The notes under the pieces are model-generated. The model did not search any database. It saw only the letters and a program-made list of their open reading frames with translations, and had not been told where the DNA came from. Made by a program: the position numbers and the translations under genes. From the NCBI GenBank assembly GCA_009103225.1, contig RHPI01002491.1, positions 62,001 to 126,000 of the forward strand: a stretch of 64,000 nucleotides of DNA, given 5' to 3'. This DNA comes from Chlorokybus atmophyticus. Lineage: Eukaryota > Plantae > Mesostigma and Chlorokybus algae. Shown one piece after another: positions 1 to 12,066 of this stretch (positions are counted from its first letter, which is position 1; each line of letters starts with the position of its first letter).

Positions 1-1452
1 TGCTTGCCATAGTAGTTCTGTGCCATAACATGGTTGTCCTTATAGATTGATGTGATGCTAGTCTAGCCCTCCTCGGGAATTTAAAGTTGCAATTGACAAT
101 CACTTGTAACACGAATATCCGCCGGCCACCCTGGTACCTCGATTCCCTCTTCAACTCAAGTTGCCACCACGGGTCCCGCGCCCAGCAATCAATTGGTGTC
201 CACTTTACCACACGCTGCACCAGGCATGTCACTTGGCCTGTGGCAGTATCGATGGCGTGCAGCATCATACTTTTGGGGCGCACACACATGCTCTCCGAGA
301 CGTCGAGCACTATTGCTTTCATGCCCGTGATGCGATTTCTGTTTATGGCAAACTCCCCCCCTGCGTCTGCTTTGATAAACCTGGACAACGTGCCGGCCGC
401 TGTCTCCATCGTCAGCATGCAGGTGATGGCGGGAGCTAAGATCGAAGCCACTTTGTGCGTGTTCACAGGGGTGGGCTGCTCAAGATTGCATACAGCTGAT
501 TGGCGGTGGCTGCAATAGACGGCTGGTCATCCTGCGCGCAAACAGCTTTACAAGTACACGTATTGAGAAACAGATGACGACCATCACGCACAGTGCACGA
601 GTCAGTGAAAACCACATAGGTCATGCAGTTGTTCAGCCATTATTTGGCAGCTTGGAAGGGTTTGCCATAAACGTGTGACAGCAGCACTCTACCAATGATT
701 TGCAGTCAACATCTTAGAAACTCAACCTAATATGCCAGACCTGGCGAGCATTGTACCTTGCCGGGTTTTTATGCAAGTGAGACGCGCAATGCACAAGGCC
801 GAAACAGGATATACAACAGTCAGATTGTAGCAGACAATACACAAAGCTGAAGCGTGCAGTGTGCTACACAGGCACGCGCGAACATGGCAAAAATGAATAG
901 ATAGGTGTAGGGAGGATAGTGCAGTGTGCCACTATGCATTGCCACTGCAGCCAGTCACACTGGATTCAGGTGATGCCATTCACAGAGCTTGCTCGTCAAC
1001 TTGTAGAATAGTTGACCTGCAAGCTCTTTCAATCAGTCACACACTGCGCAAATAACACACCCACGCACAGATGCTTGCGCTCGCACGCTTGCAACTGACA
1101 AGTACGCACCTCGCTGAAGGCCGGCCATCGGCTGTACAGGAGTGGCCGCCACAATATATCGCAGGCGGCTGCATCGCGCCACTCGCGGCACACGCAGCTG
1201 GCACAGGCTGGGCTCGCTGCGTCCAGCAACTTCAGTACCTCGTCCAGAACATCCTTCGGCAGGTGACTCTCCTTGCTACGCAGGTTTTCTTCTTGCTGCA
1301 GCTGCTGCCGCAGCTGCCACAGCTCCGCCAGCGTGCGGTTCCGCTTCCTCGTTCTGCGCTTCAGCTTCTTCTGCTGCAGCTGCCGCAGCTGCTGCTCTGC
1401 CGCTCGCATGCGCTTCCGTCTCATCCTCAACGGCAGGACGAGGCGACGTCAT
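1..1452 (-). pseudogene. F-box protein paralog A, apparently frameshifted (runs off the window start)
   Basis: Exon 1 (ATG 1452 or 1430 to donor after 1110) encodes the F-box LPKDVLDEVLKLLDAASPACASCVCREWRDAAACDILWRPLLYSRWP. The exon after the acceptor near 531 reads DDQPSIAATANQLYAILSSP, stops at TGA 465-463, and continues in another frame as ...MMLHAIDTATGQVTCLVQRV. Both parts align to paralog B (DRPAVTATSKQLFGRLISP...VMLHAIHLDGSVTCLLHRV). The middle exons are not resolved. Confidence 0.7.
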
Positions 1453-1459
1453 GGCTCGC

Positions 1460-1482
1460 CTCTCTCTCTCTCTCTCTCTCTC
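1460..1482. repeat. (CT)n microsatellite just upstream of F-box paralog A
   Basis: Uninterrupted CT run. Confidence 0.9.
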
Positions 1483-3109
1483 CACCGCCGCCTTCCCGTC
1501 CACCACCTCGCCTCGCTTAAGCTGCCTGCAAACGATGCCTGTGAATTTGTGTCAGCCCCCGAGAAACAGGCGGTCGGACGCATTTTGAAATCTGGAGTGT
1601 TTGAACGCCAACGACAACCTCGAATAAGACTCAGTGAGCACTGAGAGTTTGCTCGTTGCCTATTTTCGTGGTTACGTACCGGTAGGCTTGAACTCCATGA
1701 ACTCGATGTTACATGTATCAACCAACAATTTTGCGAAATGGGTATGGGCACCACCCAATTTGCATGTGGTAATGTGGTAGCAGCAATGTTAGCGTGTTAT
1801 GTTACTACGTTACTACGAGCGGCTGAAGTCAATATTGCAATCCACCTTGATTCATGCATACACTTGGTGTGCAGTGTTTTATGCTATTGCTTTGTTCAAG
1901 ATTGCTTATGTTTCAGGCTTTCATATTCATATTTATATATCACAATTGTATGTCAAAAAGTCTGCATTCTTGCAAGCTATTTGCATATTAAGTGACTGAC
2001 CAGCTGATTATCTTTGGTACATTGATATCCTTATTAAAGCATTTGGAGAGATACAAGCTGCAACACATGATAAAAACGCAATGTTTTGTATCAAAAATTT
2101 CATCAACTCAGTTTGATAATTACAATTATAAGGTAAAATACGGGTTTTTCGTTTAATAACATTTTTCAGCATTGTGCGTAATGCCATTACGTATGCGGCA
2201 AGTTATGACAATCGCAACTTGCAATAAAACGGATTGTCCCATATGTCACTAATGATGTATGTCTTTGTATATACACTTGTCATACTGTGAGTGCAATCAC
2301 TGGGGTAAGGTTGTGTTGTTTGTTGCTTGTGTGACCATGGTCGTAAGTGGCATGGACTCCATCTAGTTGTGTTTCTATGCGACAAGCCATTGTTCATAAT
2401 CATAGATTATGGCAAGTTGGTGCAATGTTGGTGTCTACACATTAGACACTTTCACAATTGTTACAAAGGCTGGCCAGGAGCCTGCCATGTTGATGTTGCG
2501 CATTGGCTTACACTAGTCAGTTCACCAGTTAGGTGGTGGCCACACAAGTGTCAATGTGTGGTACCCATGGGCATGCACCGATCGTGACTGAAATATGCAC
2601 AAATAGCAATCGCACAACGAGCAACATGCCAACAAGCAATATGATTGTTCAAATAAAGCAAGGCATATGAAAGACTGGCCATGGCATGTGCAGGTTGTCC
2701 GGCTCATATGGTACTCTTTGGCGGACTGCATGGCATGCTGGTCAGGATCAGCCTGCTAGGCACGACGGGAGAAGGATACGTCCAGCCAATCACGAAGTCA
2801 CTCAGTCACAGAATACAGCCTGTGCTACATTGTCCAATGTGGCAAGGCTGCCTTACTTGCAAGTGCCAAACATGAAATCAACATAAATCAAAGAAGTAAG
2901 CAGAACAAATGTCCCTGCTAATGCTACAATCTGTGCTACAGCATAAGTTGCTGTGCCATGAAGAGAAATCTATATGTCAAACATTGAATGTCATCGGCGC
3001 CAAATAAGCCCTGGTGTCTACCTGTTGCTGCAACAGCTGTATGTACAGCTGCAGCAGCACAGTGACGCACTCAGCAATGGTTGGCCTTATTGTACAGACC
3101 GTCAGGAGC

Positions 3110-4779
3110 TCAATTGATAGGTATAACAGTCACCAAGGGATGCGCGCTCTGCTCCACGCCAGTCGCCATATCAACGCGCATGGTTATGAACCTGCGCTGC
3201 TGATTGTTGACATTGACATGCAGGGCGGCGCGCACAGCAGGCGCGGCTGCCGCCTGTGTTGCTGTCCCCTGCCGCTGCTCCATGCAGTTCCAGCGCCAGC
3301 GGAAATCCAGCTGCTGGCCCTTCTCGACCACGCAGCCCATGCCATCCTGCGTAGCCATCGCCACGCGGTGCAGAAGGCAGGTAACCGACCCGTCAAGATG
3401 GATGGCGTGAAGCATGACCTCCATGTTGGACTGCGCGCCTCCTGCTTTGCAATGCTGCTCGATCTTTGGGTCCAGTGCGGCTGTCTCCGGCATCATGACC
3501 TCTGCCTGGCCGTTCGTGAACTTGCACAGCACAACGCAGTTCTGGTAAATGACGGTGAGCAGCATGGAGGTTGCCAAGACCTGATTCAGGCCTGTTGCGG
3601 CATCATCAGCACGAGCTGGGCTTATCAGCCTGCCGAACAGCTGCTTTGACGTAGCTGTAACTGCTGGCCGATCCTGCGTGCACACCACGCCTCAGACAGT
3701 CCGCCCGTGCCAGGAACAAAGACGCACAGCATTACACATTGTGCTTTCAGGAATTGCATGTATGTATCCTAGACACAATTCTGCAAGCATATCAGTAGTC
3801 TGCTTGTTGGCAACACGAGAGATTTGAGTAGAGCTTGCAACAACAAACAGCATGATGACCAGTGCAACGCAACTGCAAATGCAAAGCATACGCTCAACAA
3901 GCGTGCAAACACCGGCTTCAGATGAGTTCACATTGCAACTGCTTGATGCAGAGCAGCTTTTTATGTGCTATGCACAAAGAACCCATTGTTGTGCTGTGCC
4001 ATTACTGTACAGCATGACGTGCTGCCACCAGCATTGCTGGTACCAGCACTGTTATGCTGTGCAGCATTATTGACCGTCAGCACAAGTAGCCTGCACCTTA
4101 GAAACACGAGCACTGTGAGTGACGCAGCAACTAGCATGTTGGGGCATGCGCTCAACAAGCACTTACGTCGGCGTCTGTTGAGTTTAGTTTGTGATAGCAA
4201 GTCATTGATGCAGCTTTAGGTGTGCTATGCACGAAGCACCCACTGTGTGCCAATACTGCACAGCATAGCATTGCTGCCACCAGCAATGCTGATGGCAGCA
4301 TTGATCAACATATGCAATAAGGTCCCCCCCTCACATCAAACGCCATACGCTTTCCCCGGCTTATTTGCTGTCGGTGCACCCAAGCTGCGAATTGCAGCCC
4401 ACCAGCGCTCACCATGCAGCAACACACATCTTGTGCTGCTCAGAACGCAGCACAAGATGTCTGACAAATGTCAGCGAACATATCACATCAAAGCGACTCT
4501 CTCACTCACCTTCAGGAAAGCAGGCCATCGCTGCTCCAGCAAGGGCTTCCACAGCTCCTCCCCTGTGGCGGCGCGGTTCCACGCCCGAGAGACGCACGCA
4601 GCGCGGGCGAGGCTGCCGGCATCTAAGCGGGAGAACACGGCCGACAACAGCTCCTCAAACAGCACATTATCGTCGTCGACGGTAGTGCCTACGATATACT
4701 GTTCAACATCGTCCACCTCCATTGCCGCCGCCATACCAGCCGCCGCCGCCGCCGCCGCAGGAGCACGCCAATTGTGCAA
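3110..4779 (-). CDS. F-box protein paralog B (multi-exon)
   Basis: Exon 1 (ATG 4779 or 4734 to AAG|gtgagt at 4510) encodes LFEELLSAVFSRLDAGSLARAACVSRAWNRAATGEELWKPLLEQRWP. A large open exon starts at 3673 (cacgcag|GAT) and runs to a stop at 3110. Any middle exon and the true 3' end are uncertain. Confidence 0.75.
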
Positions 4780-5468
4780 AGCTGGTGCTTAGCCGTTGCG
4801 GTGATTCTGGCGAATCACCATCAACTCAAGTGATTCAATCAGATTCCCGTAGGGCGATTGAACCACCGTCAACAATCAATGCATTGAGTCCAACTATTAG
4901 GTCCGTAGAACCTAGAACCTCAGAAGCCCTCATCAAGTACTACTCGCGCACGCCGAAACAGTGATTCACTGCCAGTGTTTACTGGGCTCAGCCCAGTGGG
5001 CTGCCCTGCCCTCTTCGTTTATGTACATTGATGATTCACTTCACTTGACACATTCTCCGTACGAGTCCTGCCAACGCTCCTGGCAACCACTGCAGCCAGG
5101 AACACTGGCAGCAAGTGGCTGTTGGCGGCGGCGGCGGCGACGAGGCCGTTGTTGTGCTTGCTGGAGGGTCGCGGCGTAAGAATCTTGCAACAACGGCTGA
5201 AACACGTTGTTTAAAAGCTGGCACCGGGCGACAGATCTGAAGGAGTGGTTGAATGCGGGGCGCAGCTGCAGCATGCCTCGCAGTTGGTTTCGGCTGATAG
5301 CTTGCTTCAGGTTGAAGCTAGTGCACGGCTGTTGAGTGCTGAGGTTAGAAATCTGCAGGGCTGTCGTAAGCAGGAGCTGGTTTGCTTGCTTGCCGTAAAA
5401 GCGCAGGGCGTAGCGTAGTCACATGGCTGATAGGAGGAGCGGACAGTGCTGCCCGCCTGGTCACCACC

Positions 5469-7413
5469 ATGAACGGGGTGATGGTGGTGTCGCTGAGGGG
5501 CGGGGCCTGCCTGTTCAGCAAGGCTCATAAGCCCAACTTTGGGCTGCCGTCAGGAGGAGGGCGGCGCGGAGAGGCGGGCGCAACAGCAGGTAGCAGCGAG
5601 CAGCAGGAGGATGATAAGGCGCCGGCTGCCCTGAACCCGGCTCTGGATGCTATGGGTCTCAGCGGGCTGCTGTATGCTCTCAGCTTGCATGCCGCAGAAG
5701 CCATTGTCGACGACGATGTCGCAGAGCAGCATGCGGATCAGGCGTCATCCTTGGGACCACCTGTGACAGGTGCGGTGCATTGTGTGGTACAGCGCAGTGG
5801 CTGTCGTGGGCAAGCAGTGGCATGCTGGGCTAGCGCGTTGTAGCAAAAACACCAATGAGTCCCCATTTTTCCACATTTCCTCTCATACCATCACAGGATC
5901 CTCCAGTGTTGTCGAGGTGGTTGCTTCGGCCCTCATTGTGCACGTGTGAACGCCAGCCTCATACTGTATACTTCTCGCAGGTGCGGCGATTCAGCGATGG
6001 CACTGCGGAGAGGCTGTCCTTCACATGCGTGCCGATGTTCCTGCTGGGGTCATAGCAGTCATCATTGCTGACGCAACTGTCAGCTCTGTGGTTGCCAACT
6101 TCATTGTGGAGCAGGTGCTGAGAACGTAAGTCATGCTTGCCTGAGCACCCCCATTGTTATCATGTGGGGGATGGAAAGCTGATGAATTGGGACTTGGAAG
6201 CTGCAGCCATTTGTATTTCTAACCCGTGCATGCAGGTTCTGTAACAAGTTTGGAAAGGTGCTGACGAAGTTGACTGTCAGTCGAGCGTTCAGTGGTTTTA
6301 CAACTGCACTTCTACGCGTGTATCAACAGGTATCTTTTTGCACATGACATGCAGGCATCACATGTTGAAATCTGTGTCTTGCCAAACAGAACACCAAACG
6401 TTGCGTGATTTGCAGGTCCCGGAGCACTTGATGGGTTCTCTCGTTGAAAGATTAGGGCCTGACACTTCGTGGATGTACGTTGCACATTCCTCGAGCTTTT
6501 CACATGGATTGGACCGCCAGCAAGGTGCTGCAGATGGTGCAGCTAGTCTGGTGAACTCTCGTGCATTCTCAAGACCCAGCAGGTAACTTGCATACTTTAT
6601 TATAGCAGTTGCCTGGCACCAGTCTCAACAGCTGCCAGGCTCACAACTACTTCGCCATTGTTGCAGGTACAAGTCTCAACCAACACCATTTCGCAACCCA
6701 GCGCGTAGACGGTGGCACATGACAGCAGAAACAGAGGAAGTGACACATTCTTGGCGCGAGGTGCTCTGCTCTGTCTCAGTCACCCTTGCCAACGTGGCGC
6801 ATCTTGTCAATCCACAGCATATGTACGCTGTGCACAGCAGCGGCTTGCTAAAGCACCTTATTGCAGGTTGGAATGTTTCAGTACTTTCATCGTCAGCCCA
6901 AACCTGCCAAGGCAGCTGCCGTGCCTTTCGACAGTGGGGTACTGGACAGTCTGCTAAGTACTATACACAATGCTGCGGAGGTGCTTGCTGCTTCTGGCAA
7001 CACACCAGACTCGTTGCACTCGTTAGAGATCTGCATCCATCTGCCTGCATCTCAGGTAAGACCACAGCAATCCGCACTTGCATGCTGGATTGCACACAAT
7101 TGCACATTGTGTTTTGCGCATGGATGTAATGACTGGCGTAGTATTTGATTGTGTCGTGTTGCCACAGTCAGCGCGCACTACGGTGGACAATCCTGCCGAG
7201 CAAGTGCAGCTGCTGGTCCAGCGGCAGGGTGCCTTCTTGCTTGCAATGCCCTTGCTTGGCAGCGGCATTGGAGGAATCGGCCCAGTGCTCTGGCATGAAC
7301 TCTGTCACGATATCACACAGCTGCGCGTCTATTGCGAGTTTCTGGCACAAGTTGTACCGGTATCTGATGCCCCTCTCAACTTGTTCCATCAGTCAGCTTT
7401 GGCGCAGACATGA
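5469..7413 (+). CDS. Uncharacterised protein with a probable N-terminal longin-like fold (7 exons)
   Basis: Six GT-AG introns join in frame: MNGVMVVSLRGGACLFSK...MGLSGLLYAL...GAAIQRWHCGEAVLHMRADVPAGVIAVIIADATVSSVVANFIVEQVLRTFCNKFG...SALAQT*. The longin call is inferred from secondary-structure pattern only. Confidence 0.65.
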
Positions 7414-8582
7414 TGGCTGCATACCAGATAAGCTCGCCATTGTCCGGCCTTGCCAGGTGATACATGGTCAACTACCGTTGACCAAAGCAACTGAATTGTA
7501 GCGCTGTTCTTGTGAGCAGGTATTGACTTGTACAGATGTACAGATGTACAGATTTCGTTCAATTATAATGTGTGAAAAGAGCTTGCACTGGTAAACTTAC
7601 CCCCGTGCCATAATCTTTGCTGAAATATACTGCTGAGTATCCTTGATTGCTGTTGGGATGAACTATCTCAGTCCTGCTGGACGGGCTTGCAGCAAGTCGG
7701 TTTCATAAGCTAGCAGGAAGTGTTGCATGTGTCAGAGACAAATCAATGCAGACTTGTAAAGCGGAGCAGGCAAGCAGATGGTGTGCAACTATTGCATCGT
7801 GTGCAGACAACAATTCTCCAAGCCCTTTGTTGCGACATTGCTGTATTTGGCTTGAGTTTGATTGGCACTATAGCGAAACCAATCACTGCTGGCTGATTGC
7901 CACAAATGCGGTTCGCTTGGAAAGAAGAGCTGCAACATCCCAATGACGTGTATGTCCAAAGTCAACGATACAGCAGAGAGACAACGACTTCGTTGAACAC
8001 AGCAGGTGGTGCACAGCAGCATGGTAAAAGCATACAAGTGACTCGCTTTTGACTTTGACATCTGCAAACTAGGAGACGGAAAACAAAACCATACAACCCG
8101 TTGACCTTGAAAGTCGACGGAAACAGAATAGGTTGATTGCAAGGTTGATTGTAATTGTTGTGGCATACAACCCTAGCACACTCCGGTTGTTTCAAAGTCT
8201 GCAAACACGTGTGGCGTAGTCGCCGCGTATTGAGAGATGAGCACAGGTGTCTCTTTACATGCGTAGTGTACACATCTTACACCTCGCATCAAGCACTCGT
8301 CGTGAGACAGGGGACATGTATTGCATGTTACAAACACGTGCTTAGCTTTGCAGCGTGCAAACCACCAAAGCTGCACTGCAACAGTGAGTCCATGCAAGCT
8401 GCATGACGGTGCCAACACGGTGTCTTCCCCCCAACTCTGAGTGTGAAGCTTCATATAGCAGTTTGAGCATGCACACAGCTCCAACTGCAGCTAACAGCTT
8501 GACTGACAGAAAGGCACCAACGCTATGTGCCGTTTTGACGGCGGACGACCCACTACTCAACCTCGATTATCTTCCTCACTGT

Positions 8583-11440
8583 ATGCGACTCTGTGCAAGC
8601 CTGGCACTACCGTCACCGCCGCCCGCCCATCTCCGCCCAAGCCCAACTTTGGTGCAGCGAGAGCACAACGGCCAGCTTGAGGAGGTGGCGGCGGAGGAGG
8701 CGGCGGAGGAGAGACGCCACAAGCAAGTGAGTGACATGGGCAGGCAAATAGCTAGTGACGGTGAGGACAACTACCGACATAAGCATGAGGATGAGGACGA
8801 GGAGAGGGAGGAGGAGCACGATTTGGAGTTGCCGACCACGGCGCCGCTGCTCTCACCACGACGACGGCACAGCAGTAGTGGTCGACTACGAGTAAGTTGC
8901 CCTTTTTGCATGCTTGGAGCTGATCGTTGAAGAAGCACTTTTGAAACAAGTGCTTGTGCTGGGGGCCTGTCTCAGATCCGTTTCTCCCTTTCTCCTCTAG
9001 TCGTTGAACGTCGTCATGCCTACAATTGCTCAGTTTCGTATGCTTCGCTGCAAATTACCGACTACTTGGCCACTGAGCATTGACAATTCACCCTGTTGAT
9101 TTATTCCTGCCATATTGCCATCGAGCGGGATAATATTAATGGTAATAGTAACAATAGCTTATAACCCCCAGTTATTATAAGCAAAGGAAATGTTTGCCCT
9201 CACCACTGCTTCGTCATCATGGCAACATAGTTGTTTCCCCTCTTCCGGCTCCTCACTCCTTCATTCTTTCGGCGACGCGTTACCATAGCATTGCTGGCTG
9301 TTGATAGCTTCAGCATTGGTTGCGTGAGCCGCCATTGTACACACAGGATGACGGCGACGAGGAGGATGAAGCCAGGCGTGGCAGTGCCGCTGCTGCTTCT
9401 GCCAGCGACATCGACGCCGAGAACGAGCTTTCTTTGAGCAGCGCCACGCGGAGGAGGCTTGCGCTGGGATCATGCTTAATCCTCATGTGCGGCACTGCCA
9501 TGATGTTCAGCATAGTCCCGCCGTTCTTCACACTGATGGCCAGAGAACGCTACAGCGCCCCACCCGAACTCACAGGCAAGCGCGACAACATCTCATCATC
9601 ATCTTTGTTGTTATTGTTTGTATTGTTGATAAAGTGTTTTCGCTGATGTTGCCAGGGGTGGTGTTGTCGGCGTTCCCGTTGGCGGTGACGTTGGCGTCGC
9701 CTCCGGCTGGCCCGCTGACGACGCGTTTCGGCCGCAGACGCACGCTCGCTTTCGGGGTGGCGCTCGAGTGTGTTACAATGGTGCTGTTCGGCCTCGTGCC
9801 CACAATGCTGGGATCCTTCGCCTCCACCACTGCCGTCTTCTCAACCTTCATCATGTATGTACACATTGTATGTGCACAAACAGCACATGCACAACACTTT
9901 GGTGTTGCCTTTACTCATTGACATGCATGCTTACACTGTCATGTGCAATGACAGGCTTCGGTGCGTGCAGGGTGTGGGTGCTGCAGCGGCCGAGACAGCG
10001 TCCCTCGCGATCATGACCGAGCTATACCCCGACAATGTGGCTTCTGTGATGGTAGGAACCCATTGGTTGCACTCCACATTCTGCATTATACTGTTGTCTT
10101 ACGCATGCATGTATGTGTGTGCTTCGCAGGGATTCTCTGAGACGGCATTGGGATTCGGTTTCATGATTGGTGCTCCCCTCGGTGGAGTACTATACCAGTT
10201 CGGTGGTTTCCTGCTCCCTTTCATTGTGATGGGCGCCATGCCATCCATTGTCTTGGCCTTAACGTACTCCTATCTACCTGCATCGCCGATATCGGCGAGC
10301 TCGGGCCCGACAAAGGATGAACAACGGGCGGTGAAGGCGACAATCAAGGCTGCGCTCGCTGAAGGCCCCGCTGCCTCCGCCCTCGCATCAGCGTGCGCAG
10401 TGTCCATTGTGTTCGGTGCGACCGACGTCATACTTCCCCCGCAGCTTGTTGATGTTTTCGGTCTCAAGCCGTCCATCCTTGGCGTGGTATGTTGTATTGA
10501 CTTTGCGTTGTGGTATCATCTTGACTGGCAGTGTGCTTGCTTGTGTTGTGGCGAGTAAGCTGATACGTACCATGCAGGTGTTTGGTGTGGGTGGGATCTC
10601 ATACACGCTCTCGTCACTGCCTTTGGGCGCGATGATGGATGCAGTGCGGTTGCCGCACCTGATCACAATGGCCACGGGGCTGCTCGTGCTGGGAGCGTCT
10701 ATGTGGGGGATTGGCATTACTTGCCGCCTCGCGGCACCCTCACTGCCGGTACACATGATATGTGTTATGACATTTACTGCCGGCAGCATCCACAGTCACT
10801 CTATATATTTGTTGCTTGATTGAAGCTCAGTGCTTCTGTTGCTCTTGTTCGTTGGACAGGGCTTGCTGGTGGCGGAAACATTGCTCGGCGTAAGCTCTTC
10901 ATTGGCAATGGTATGGCCATCGTTGTTTGGTGTTGCCATGTCACACACAGACTTGTTCAAGACACGCTTATGAATTTTGGACAAGGACCGTGTATGGATC
11001 AACAGGTGCCTATCATCCCTTTCGTGCTGGAGTGCTGCGCAGCAGTGCACGGCGGAAGTGCGGTGGAAGGTGGCGTGGTGGACGCGGTCTCTTCCCTATT
11101 CTCAGCGGCGTTCTACCTTGGCGCTTCCATTGGACCGCTTCTTGGCTCCGCTCTCGTCCACCTCATTGGCTTTCTTGGTGCCAACGTCGCTATCGCCCTC
11201 ATCTGCGTTGCAGGCAAGCCAACCTTGAACCAAGGCTATCAATGCTACCGATGCTTTTGTCACTGACAGAGAGTGTGTGTGTGTTGGTGGCCAGTGGCAA
11301 TTGCGCAGCTGTTGGTAGCATGGGTATCCAAGTCTCGTTGTTGTGTGGAGCGGAGACAGGCATGTGAAGAGGAATCGCGCATCGCTAGCCTGGAGTACGA
11401 GGAGAAGAAGTCGCTGCTCTCAATCCGGTCAAGCAGTTAG
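8583..11440 (+). CDS. MFS transporter, SLC18B1/VMAT-like (DHA1 type), with a long acidic N-terminus
   Basis: Spliced exons give TGVVLSAFPLAVTLASPPAGPLTTRFGRRR, GVGAAAAETASLAIMTELYPDNVASVMGFSETALGFGFMIGAPLGGVLYQFGGF and VDAVSSLFSAAFYLGASIGPLLGSAL. Stop TAG 11438-11440. The start is uncertain (8403, 8583 or about 8737). Two introns need GC donors (9576, 11214). Confidence 0.85.
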
Positions 11441-12066
11441 TCTTCACGGATCGCGAAGGTTGGTAGTGATACTATTGTCAACTGCTAGGTTTGAAGGCGT
11501 TGACAGTAGAAAGTGCTTGTTGGGCATTGAAAGGTGCTGGCAGATGCTGCTAGTCACATGACTTGTTGGCACATGCGGACATTCTTGTTCATCAATAATA
11601 CCGTTGATGCTGGCTACCAGATTTGTAGCCGAGAACAGTTGCTTCCAGCCTGCAACTCCTGGTTGTGTCTCTGGTTTGGCCATTTAACTACTGTGCTCTC
11701 AAACTGCGCATGATATTGTGAGGACTGGTGCTGCTGTTGTTTTTTGCACCAGTACTACTTGTTGCCATAGTTGTTGTGTTTGAACCAGGTGCGCTACCCG
11801 CATGTTTGCTGCTGGCCCTCAATACGATAGAATCTGGTTTCTGACCGTTACAGATGGCTTGCAGCACAATGCCAATGTGTATGAGTAGAAGGAGCAGGGT
11901 GAGTAGTATGCAGTAAAAGGCTGGTATGTTTGTCTTGCTGATGCTGTTTACCACGCGTGCAGCTACATGTAAGCAGAATTTGTGCATGTTGGCATAATTA
12001 CAGTGAGCTGCAACCAACTTGACGTAAGACCTCAGTGGCAGCTTCAGCAAGTTTTCACTGTACACA

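Noticed and set aside
3014-3649. 211-aa plus-strand ORF, and similar long ORFs opposite real exons (87-518, 12460-12957, 13354-13776, 25534-26037)
   Set aside because: They are antisense shadows of coding exons on the other strand.
3960-4310. About 90-bp duplicated segment (near 3964 and 4221) in the first intron of F-box paralog B
   Set aside because: An old, diverged intronic duplication with no termini or other structure to suggest a function.
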